Assembly: GCA_964016885.1 (NCBI GenBank)
Contig: OZ024755.1
Location: 18,042,001 to 18,106,000 of the forward strand
Direction: 5' to 3'
DNA from: Eledone cirrhosa
Lineage: Eukaryota
DNA: 64,000 bases
The notes under the pieces are model-generated. The model was not told the origin of the DNA and searched no databases. It saw nothing but the letters and a program-made list of their open reading frames with translations. Every line of letters begins with the position of its first letter. The first letter of the stretch is position 1. The translations under genes and the position numbers were made by a program. This document shows positions 54,164 to 64,000 of this stretch, in pieces.

Positions 54164-54919
54164 ATATAGACTATACAAACACATGTATTCACATGTACAC
54201 TTTTCCATGCTGGCATGGGTTGGATCGGTCATCAGAAAAAGTTTAATAAATCAGAGCTATTGACTTCTCAGACGAGCTGGTGCCGAGGTGGGGTGTGGGG
54301 CATAGGGGTTTTATTTTACATTGCATAACTTTACAGCATGAATTTTCTCATGACACTGGTATTAAGGAAGTTCTCATGTCCTTAACACAACAGATTAGTA
54401 TTTTCAACCCATTGAAATATGGTTTTGCCTTATTAATAACCAATGTTGATAAGTGACTATTTTATGGATTTCTTTATCTAGTGTTGTGTTTGTAGTAGAG
54501 AAACCTAGTGTTGTGTTTGTAGTGGAGAAACCTAATATTCCCATGGGCTGAGATATATTTCTGTTCTATACAAACATGATACATCTTATTATTGACACAC
54601 TCAATATCCAGAAATAGCCAGCCATGTCATTACCGTTTTTACGTCTGTTTTCTCACGCTTGCACGAGTTGCATTGGTCCTCAGTAATAACATCTCACCCC
54701 TCTTTGTATTGCTCACAATTTTATTACTGTTCTTCTAAATGTAAGTAGAGGGGCGTGTGGCTTAGTGGTAAAGGAGTCGGACTTATGATCATAATGTCAT
54801 GGGAACAGTTCCTGGGCTGGGTGTTTTGTGGTACCAACATAACTTTACATAACATATATACATACACACACACATCAATACTCATCCTTTTCCCTTTTTA
54901 GAGGGTTTTAAACCCCACT

Positions 54920-55125
54920 ATCAGGGTCGGCTGGTTGGTTTTTCCATGTTACCAGCATGACCACCTTACAGGGTGGGCTGGCTGGCTGGTTTTTGCCATG
55001 TTAACAGCACGACCCCCTTACAGGGTGGGCTGGGTGGTTTTTCTCATGTTACCAGCACGACCACCTTACAGGGTGGGTTAGGTGGTTTTTCTCATGTTAC
55101 CAGCACGACCACCTTATATAGGGTT
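54920..55125. repeat. ~48-bp minisatellite, ~4 copies
   Basis: Unit cagggtgggctgggtggtttttctcatgttaccagcacgaccacctta. Confidence 0.85.
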
Positions 55126-55487
55126 GACTGGGTGCTTGTTTCGATGCCACTAAAATAGCCACCTTACGGCATCATCCTTTTTACATCCACTTTTCCATGC
55201 TTGCACAGAAATACAACAATGGTTTTTTGTATTTCTTCATTCCATACGTCAGATCAGTCTTTGTCGTGAAGCAAAGTAGTTTTCAGAATAGAAGAGGTGG
55301 TGGTGGTGAGGGCGGACATATTTGGGAGCCAAGTGAATAAGGAGAATTCTTATCTTGAGCTAAAATATTCAGTTCAAAAGTCTTTAAGTATGAATGAAAC
55401 GGTATATTGAGAGAACAACTATGATCTAGTCTGCAGAAGATAAGAAGCACAATTAATCACTGTATGAAGGTTTGTAAAATATTTATT

Positions 55488-56681
55488 GACCACAGATATG
55501 TCCAATTACTCTCTACTGGTATTGACCACAGATATGTCCAGTTGCTGTCTACTGGTGGTCACCATAGATATGTCCAGTTGCTGTCTACTGGTGGTCACCA
55601 CAGATATGTCCAGTTGCTGTCTACTGGTGGTCACCACAGATATGTCCAGTGGTGGACACCACAGATATGTCCAGCTACTGTCTAGTGGTAGTGACCATAG
55701 ATATGTCCAGCTACTGTCTAGTGGTAGTGACCATAGATATGTCCAGCTACTGTCTAGTGGTAGTCACCACAGATATGTCCAGCTACTGTCTAGTGGTAGT
55801 GACCAGATATGTCCAGCTACTGTCCAGTGGTGGTCACCACAGATATGTCCAGCTACTGTCTAGTGGTGGTTACCACAGATATGTCCAGCTACTGTCTAGT
55901 GGTAGTCACCACAGATATGTCCAGCTACTGTCTAGTGGTGGTCACCACAGATATGTCCAGCTACTGTCTAGTGGTGGACACCACAGATATGTCCAGCTAC
56001 TGTCTAGTGGTGGTCACCACAGATATGTCCAGCTACTGTCTAGTGGTGGTCACCATAGATATGTCCAGCTACTGTCTAGTGGTGGTCACCATAGATATAT
56101 GTCCAGCTACTGTCTAGTGGTGGTCACCACAGATATGTCCAGCTACTGTCTAGTGGTGGTCACCACAGATATATGTCCAGCTACTGTCTAGTGGTGGTCA
56201 CCACAGATATGTCCAGCTACTGTCTAGTGGTGGTCACCACAGATATGTCCAGCTACTGTCTAGTGGTGGTCACCACAGATATGTCCAGCTACTGTCTAGT
56301 GGTGGTCACCACAGATATGTCCAGCTACTGTCTAGTGGTGGTCACCACAGATATGTCCAGCTACTGTCTAGTGGTGGTCACCACAGATATGTCCAGCTAC
56401 TGTCTAGTGGTGGTCACCATAGATATATGTCCAGCTACTGTCTAGTGGTGGTCACCACAGATATGTCCAGCTACTGTCTAGTGGTAGTCACCACAGATAT
56501 GTCCAGCTACTGTCTAGTGGTGGTCACCACAGATATGTCCAGCTACTGTCTAGTGGTGGACACCACAGATATGTCCAGCTACTGTCTAGTGGTGGTCACC
56601 ACAGATATGTCCAGCTACTGTCTAGTGGTGGTCACCACAGATATGTCCAGCTACTGTCTAGTGGTGGTTACCACAGATATG
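55488..56681. repeat. 36-bp minisatellite, ~33 copies
   Basis: Unit gtcaccacagatatgtccagctactgtctagtggtg. Confidence 0.95.
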
Positions 56682-57002
56682 CTGCAATCAAACTGTCTAG
56701 CAAAATCTGGTCAACACAGCTCTGGAATGTTATGAATATAGTAGCAAGAAAGCAAGCTGTAAATTCTTGGGACTTTTCTCAGTAATATGGAACAATATGC
56801 TCCATAGTTTCCACAGAATTTTAACCCTTTAGCATTTGAATTGGCCATACCCGGCCAGAATTCTCACCTCTTTCTGTTCAAACAGGCTCACACTGATGTT
56901 AAGATATAGCTCTCAAAATAAATGACATCAAAATTTCATAGATTCGATATATGAGGTACGGCATTTCCCATGAAAATATAATAGTAAATACAAGAGTATA
57001 TA

Positions 57003-57050
<48 letters not shown>

Positions 57051-57414
57051 TATATACTCTTGTATTTACTATTATATTTTCATGGGAAATGCCGTACCTC
57101 ATATATCGAATCTATGAAATTTTGATGTCATTTATATATATATATAGAGTAATGTAAATGTTAAAGGGTTAAAGATACTTTTATCAAACACAAAGGCAAT
57201 AAAGTAATTTTTTGATAATAATTGTGGCATTTTCCTTTGTGTTACTGCTAGAATTGGCAGAGCAGTTAAGATGTCATTACATATCTAAATAGATGTGCAT
57301 TTGTAAATTTTAAGATGTGTGTGTATAGAAACGGCAAGAGCTCATCCATCAGACCCTGTCTCTCTCTAATATATTTACACTTCATTATCCTAAGTACTGA
57401 GTTATCTGTTGAAT

Positions 57415-57873
57415 TTTTCTATTCTAGGGTGGGTAAAATTCCCCAAGATCCATGGACGAGCTCTCTCCAGCGGTCTCTGTCTCTCATTATTGCTGCCATG
57501 TCCTGCGTCTCCAACAGACCCGTGTCTGACCTTAGGGCATCAACATACGTTAACCTTGGTCTTCCTCTTCTAGTGTGTCCATGTAAGGGCTCCCACAGGA
57601 GCACTGAGTGCAATGTCAACTCTGCATGTCCAGCTAACCTCAGTCTCCTCTGTGTCACTTTTGAGCTGACTTTTGGGAGGCTCCCATACAGCTCTGAGTT
57701 GTTCATCCTCAGTGTATACTGATTAATGTTCAGAGCCATCCTCAGCATTCTCATGTAGCACCCATCCACCATCTGAGTGCCACAGCTTGAGATCGGTGTG
57801 GATGTCGGACCTTCGTAAACACCTAAAAATCCGCCTCTTCATTGCTGTAGTGGAGTCTGGGCTGCTGTACGGG
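57415..57873 (-). mobile_element. RTE-like LINE (second family) with inverted 5' segment and 10-bp TSD
   Basis: Minus-strand ORF DGCYMRMLRMALNI...RRLRLAGH...RGRPRLTY. The plus-strand 57778-57873 segment encodes the upstream LKIRLFIAVVESGLLYG. TSD tctgttgaat at 57405-57414 and 57874-57883. Confidence 0.82.
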
Positions 57874-58452
57874 TCTGTTGAATAATGGTCAAATTCTGAT
57901 CTCTATATATTTATATATATATTTATATATAATCATTGCCACACAGTAGAGGTAGACCGAGAAAGACCTCAGCAGGGGTGGTGAGAACTAACCTCTCATC
58001 ACTGAGACGCACAGAAGAGATTACTAAGAAACACTGTGAGTGGAGGGGTGCTGTGCTGTGAAGAACCTGTCCAACCCATGCAAGCGTGGAAAAATAGACA
58101 TAAAAATGATGATGAATCATCACCATTGCCATTTTATGTGTGTGTGTGTGTGTGTATATTTCTTTTCTTCTTTGCTTTGTTATTGAGGTGAAGTGAGAGG
58201 ATCAGAACTTCATTGTGATAGGATGAGCAATCTGGCTTTCAAGAAGTCTTTGCTCTGTTGAGGCTTACTTGGCACTAAATCCTACAAATAGCATTGCTTA
58301 GCTGAACATTAGGCATAGAATAAATATTCTTGGTTCACAGAAAAGAGGCTTGTTTAAACAATCATTTGATTCTTGATATGCCAATTATTTCAACATATTT
58401 CATTAAATATCAGGTGTTAAACAATATAAAGTTGTACATACATATATACATT

Positions 58453-58490
<38 letters not shown>

Positions 58491-58706
58491 TACACACACA
58501 CACATAACATACATGTATACATCACAAATATATACATATTTGTCTATGAAACCACTTGGTAATGCATAAATATGTCACTGCTATTATAGATAGGTTCAAT
58601 TTCCTGATTATGTGATGTGTTGATTGCTCTTTTCTTTCGTTTGTACTCCTACTATATATATAACCGGTGTTATACGGTCTTTAAAGCGATGATATACACA
58701 CGTATA

Positions 58707-58925
58707 TATAAGTGGATGCTGAAAAGTTCCTGGCTTTGGGTAAAAAATTATAGAGGAAGATGAGTTAATTATAATTTTATTCAACATACTCCCCTCCCAG
58801 ATTCACACACTTATTGCAGCAGTCCTTCACTTTTTCTAAACTCTGTAAAAAGAATTCAGAAGGTTGGGCCTCCAACCAGGCTTCTGTGATACCTTAAAGC
58901 CAGGAGCTTTCCAGCACCCCTTGTA
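58707..58925. mobile_element. mariner-type MITE
   Basis: ~30-bp TIRs (tgctgaaaagttcctggcttt / aaagccaggagctttccagca) with TA flanks. Confidence 0.75.
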
Positions 58926-59078
58926 TGTGTCTGTATATATATGGTCTATGCTTTTACAAGCGCATTGATGGATGTTGCCTTGACACCATCAAATGTCCAG
59001 TTGGTGTCACCCCCCCCCCCTCCTCATGTCACAACAAAGAACTATTTTCAAGTATTCTTAAAATATTATCCAAACTAT

Positions 59079-59337
59079 TTAACCCTTTTGTTATATTTTT
59101 AATGAAAAACACTGCCTGTGATTTTCAAATTAGTTTTTAAAAAAAGATTAAGGAGGGATTTAGAAATAAAACTAACTTTTTCATTGTTAATCTAGTGTTT
59201 GGAACATAACTTAATAAATATTCATAAATGAAATTATAATGGAAAGTTTTTAGATAAATATAAATGCTTTAAAATAAACAGCTTTTTATCATATAACTGG
59301 GGTCCGTTTCAAGCAATTCGATACCAAAGAGTTTAAA
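59079..59337. mobile_element. Second TTAA-type MITE family (degenerate)
   Basis: ttaacccttttgtta... / ...gataccaaagagtttaa. Related ends near 2950-3000 and 5330-5480. Confidence 0.45.
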
Positions 59338-60155
59338 ATATAGTTTGTAAAATTTACTAAATATTATTGGATACTCTTTACTTCAAATCCATGAGCTTAG
59401 ACCATGTTTGGCCACTGCTATTACATATATTATGTATATTAACTAGATAGTTAAAATAATGGACACATTACTTCTTAGCATCGTACTGTGACTTTAACCC
59501 TTTAGCATTTATACTGGCCATATCCAGCCAGAATTCTCTCACCTCTTTCTTTTCAAACTGGCCATGACTGGCTGCTTATACTGACTTTAAGGTATTGTTC
59601 TCAAAATAGATAACATCAAAATTTTGTAGATTTGATATTATGTGAGATAAAATCTTTACCACAAAAATACAATAGTAAATATAGAGTAATGTAAATGCTA
59701 AAGGGTTAAAGATAGGCAAATTAATAAGAGATTCCTTGAATATCCTTACTGAAATTAGTTACTATACTCCCCTTAGTTCTTGGGTTGATGGCTATATTAT
59801 GGTCAATATTAGAACTCTCATGGTGGTGGTAATAGTGATAGTGGACAATTTTTATTTAAAGTTAAATTTACACTCATTTTAATATAAAACCTTAAATATT
59901 CTCATATCTACATCTTCCATTTTCTCATATCTTGAAACATCTAATATCAAAATAGACATTTTGATTTATTTTTTTACTTTCTTTCCATGCAATGTTTGTA
60001 GTTTCTAAAGAAAGAAGATCTTTGCTATTGTTTTCACTTCTAATTATGATTATAATTAGCAATAATTAAAGACTTGAATATCACTGAGTCTCTTCATTAG
60101 GAGTACATTTATTCCAGTAGGAATCTTGATGCACATGTGTATGTGTTTATTAATT

Positions 60156-60194
<39 letters not shown>

Positions 60195-60303
60195 TATACA
60201 TGATGTTATTAAGCAAAGCCTAGTAAGACCATTATTTCAATTTTACTAGTACTCCAGATTTCAAAGGAAATAAGTCTTACTAGTCTTTACTTAACATACA
60301 TAC

Positions 60304-60340
<37 letters not shown>

Positions 60341-60342
<2 letters not shown>

Positions 60343-60438
60343 GGGTGTCTCCAAAGAATGTATACAAACTTCAACAGCATTCTAATAAACATTGCCTGAA
60401 CAACTAATCTAAGTGTATACACTTTTGGGGAAACCCTG
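60341..60438. mobile_element. Tc1/mariner-type mini-MITE
   Basis: Imperfect TIRs cagggtgtctccaaagaatgtataca / tgtatacacttttggggaaaccctg, inserted in a TA tract. Confidence 0.65.
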
Positions 60439-60909
60439 TCTGTGTGTATATATATATATATTCACACACACACACATTTTATGTATACATATACTATGTC
60501 TCTGAAAAAATATACCTATGAGACCATAAACTTCTGAAAATTATCTATATCTACAAAGTCTTCTGCCTTAGATCTACACTAATTGCATGTATACCATTTT
60601 TGTCTTCATAATGTCCTCATTATATATTACCTGCTTTACAGGTAAGTACGTATTCAGAGTCAATCTTCTCTCATGTTTTATATGATTTTATAGTTGTACA
60701 GAAATCTGTCAATTATGTTCCTTTTGAATTTATATATATATATATATATATATACACATACATATATATATACATACACACACATATATAAATATGTGTA
60801 AGATAACAAAAAGCTGTAACAGGTGGTGAGATGTGAGATTTGTCAAACCCGTGCCAGCATTATATATATATATCACATCGTAATCATGATGGGTTTATCA
60901 CTAAGATGT

Positions 60910-61115
60910 TAGAGGACGTGTCTTGTACATTACATTTAGAGGACGTGTCTTGTACATTACATTTAGAGGACATGTCTTGTACATTACATTTAGAGGACAT
61001 GTCTTGTACATTACATTTAGAGGACATGTCTTGTACATTATTACATTTTGAGGACATGTCTTGTACATTACATTTTGAGGACATGTCTTGTACATTACAT
61101 TTAGAGGACATGTCA
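60910..61115. repeat. 27-bp minisatellite, ~7 copies
   Basis: Unit gaggacatgtcttgtacattacattta. Confidence 0.92.
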
Positions 61116-62557
61116 TATATTCCACATTTGACATCGTTTCTGCTGTTGGCTACTTTTACTAGCAACATCCACTTTAGTGTGCTGGTTGTATTTTACTGTG
61201 GTACCAATACTAAAAAGGTTATTATGTTCCTGGTTGAACTATAGATTCCTCTTAAAGCTTGTCTCCAGATGTGTGCCAACCACTTTATACAATGTATTGA
61301 TTACATTTTATGATTGACACCAGCACAAGTATGTTTGCTATATATTACAAGACCAAAGAGTACTTACTACTTCAGTTCATTCATAGCAAACATGAAGAAG
61401 AAGTTAAATAAATAGAAGACTCATGTCTGAATTAGCACACAATGCGCTGTCCTGCAATTTCAGTATGTGCAGACCTGCCCAACCCATGCAGTACATAAAG
61501 GCAGACAAAGTACTTTTGTTGATAATATCTTAACCCTTTAGCATTTAAACCGGCCGTATACGACCAGAATTCTCTCACCTCTTTCCGTTCAAACTGGCTG
61601 TAACTAGCCACTCATACTGATGTTAAAGTATTGTTCTCAAAATAAATAATATCAAAACCTCATAGATTCAATATTATGTGAGATAAAGCCTTTACTGTGA
61701 TAATACAAGAGTAAATATAGATTAATGTAAATGCTAAAGGGTTAAGACAAGTGTCATAGTTAAGATCCATGTATTTTGGAAAAGAAGACGTAGTACTTTT
61801 ATGCTGATAATATCTTAAGACAAGGGCCATAATTATGACCCGTGTTGTGTAGAAAATCAGACATAGAATTTATGTTGATATCTTAAGTCAAGTGTCATTG
61901 TTAAGAAGTTAAACTACCAATAAAAAAAAAAATTAATTCAGTCAATGAATCAAATTTTTTGACAGATTTCTATTGAATAAATCTGTGTGTGTCAAGTTGA
62001 AATAATTTGACTGATGTGGCCTGATGATGTTAGAAATGTCATTATTTTTACATTGCTTTCAATCTTAATATTCATTGCTTTAGTTTTTCAGTTTCTAATA
62101 TAATAATTGTTTTATTTCAGTCTCTCTTCTATTGCATTAAATAGAAGTATCATAATATATATATATATGTATATATATAGTGTGTGTGTGTGTGTAAACA
62201 TGTTGTTGGACCTCTATCATTTCCAATGACAAACGCTCCAGTTGGTTCAATCGTTGGAACTGCCTGTTCATAAAATTAGTGTGTAAGTAACTGAGCATTC
62301 GACAGGCATATGGCCCCTAACCACTAAGCCACACCTTCACAACCATATATATATGTATGTATTTATGTATGTATGTATGTAAAAAGTAAACAGAAATAAC
62401 AAAGCTAGTGACACACTATATTGAAAAAATATATTAGATTAAATAACAGGAAAAGTTTTAATGCTTCGGACACTAGTCCTTCATCAGAAGATAGAATTAG
62501 AAATAAAAGAATTAAGATAAAGAGTGAGAAGAGGAAGGAATGAAAAAAATGTCTAAT

Positions 62558-62995
62558 TCCTTCAAAACATCTAGAGATGTTACATAGATGTAAACATATA
62601 ACTCCTTCAAGACATCTAGAGATGCTACACAGATGTAAACATCTACTTCAAGACATCTTGAGATGCTACACAGATGTAAACATCTACTTCAAGACATCTA
62701 GATATGTTACACAGATGTAAACATCTACTTCAAGACATCTAGAGATGTTACACAGATGTAAACATCTACTTCAAGACATCTAGAGATGTTACACAGATGT
62801 AAACATCTACTTCAAGACATCTTGAGATGTTACACAGATGTAAACATCTAATTCCTTCAAGACATCTAGAGATGTTACACAGATGTAAACATCTACTTCA
62901 AGACATCTAGAGATGCTACACAGATGTAAACATCTACTTCAAGACATCTTGAGATGCTACACAGATGTAAACATCTACTTCAAGACATCGAGAGA
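62558..62995. repeat. 41-bp minisatellite, ~10 copies
   Basis: Unit cttcaagacatctagagatgttacacagatgtaaacatcta. Confidence 0.92.
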
Positions 62996-63578
62996 AGTTA
63001 GACATGTCTATTTCTGAAACTGTGACTAAATCACTTTTAACATTAAAAAAATCCCACCCAAAATACAGTTATGTCTGAGTAAGATACGGCACAGCCAGCT
63101 GGCTAGACTTGTCCCATGACATGGGTGACCCATCTAACCCATGCAAGCATGGAAAAATAGATGTTAAACAGTGATGATGATATTCATATATATACATATA
63201 TACATACATACAGTCTTTAGTTTGTTTTAGCCATCATGAACTAGGCCATGCTGGAGCACTGACGTGTATGTGTGTGACTAAATGCATTTCCGTGAATTCT
63301 TTACATGAATAGAGGCTTTTGATCTCTTAGATTCAAATGTTAGTGTGACTGCAATTTATTATTATTATTATTATTGTTTATATTTATGCTTGTCTCTCTT
63401 TTTTTTTTTTTTTTAGATACTAATATTTTTTCTCTTCTTTCTATTTTTTTTTTTTTGCTTTTATTGTATGTGTGTATATAGTGTAAAATAAGAGTGTTGC
63501 AGAGGTGTATATTTTTTTGGCCTTGCTCTATAATAATAATTTTTTTTTTTTTTTTTTTTTTTCTGTTTTCTTTGTCAG

Positions 63579-63719
63579 ATCTTGGTACGAGAGGCAAGGT
63601 AATACGTATACTGCTGATTACGTTGAAGGTAGTCGGTGTCCATGCCTTCCTTTACACATTCATCATATCACTCAACCTGCTTAGCCAATCATTCAGGCTT
63701 ATTGGTGGCAAAACTGCTG
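63579..63719 (+). CDS. SLC34A: SLC34 (NaPi-II) TM1 exon (DLGTRGKVIRILLITLKVVGVHAFLYTFIISLNLLSQSFRLIGGKTAG)
   Basis: Long poly-T tract plus tttgtcag acceptor, and G|gtaggt donor. 'FLY.F..SL..LS.(A/S)F.L.GGK.AG' is the SLC34 signature. The gene continues beyond the window. Confidence 0.9.
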
Positions 63720-64000
63720 GTAGGTTTTTACTTCATATAACAAATATAATTAGCAATTGTCTAGAGATTGATTATTGGTAAAGATCTGAGGGACATTGTT
63801 AAAATATGACATCAGTGAGAAAGGACACAACAATAACAGCAACAACAAGAAATTATTTTTAATAGAGATAAAAGCAACTTTCTTAAACTGTTTGGACAAA
63901 TCAAACACAACTTGTGATCTCTAAAATCTGGAAAGTATGAAACCTGGAGAGACAAGACCTTAAACTGGTCTCTATGACAACCATAGCCAGAAAGCAATGA

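Noticed and set aside
55488-56681. 36-bp repeat array resembling CRISPR repeat length (also the 60-, 40- and 41-bp arrays)
   Set aside because: Head-to-tail units with no unique spacers, no cas genes and a eukaryotic context.

Overview
AT-rich, repeat-dense eukaryotic (animal) genomic DNA. The repeat style (RTE LINEs, tRNA-derived SINEs, long (TA)n tracts) suggests a mollusc, probably a coleoid cephalopod; this is inference. Two spliced host genes lie on the + strand. The first is the last four coding exons of an SLC49A4/DIRC2-like MFS transporter (1903-9248). The second is the first three coding exons of an SLC34 (NaPi-II) sodium-phosphate cotransporter (43030-63719, continuing beyond the window) with a ~19-kb intron. 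The rest is nested mobile DNA and tandem repeats: RTE LINE fragments, ~20 copies of one tRNA-SINE, ~13 TTAA/piggyBac-type MITEs, a hAT/Charlie transposon, hAT and mariner MITEs, a Merlin-like MITE carrying telomere-type repeats, a Helitron-like element, minisatellites, and a ~10-kb purine-rich satellite block containing a 200-N gap. The most notable unannotated signal is a set of at least three families of hammerhead-ribozyme motifs in tiny non-coding units embedded in (TA)n microsatellites. They show compensatory stem changes and inverted 5' segments, which suggests non-autonomous Penelope-like or retrozyme-like elements. One lies in sense orientation in the SLC34 intron, which also carries a CAG|GTAAGT site (alternative first exon or recursive splice point). 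Nearly all long ORFs in the supplied track are microsatellite artefacts.
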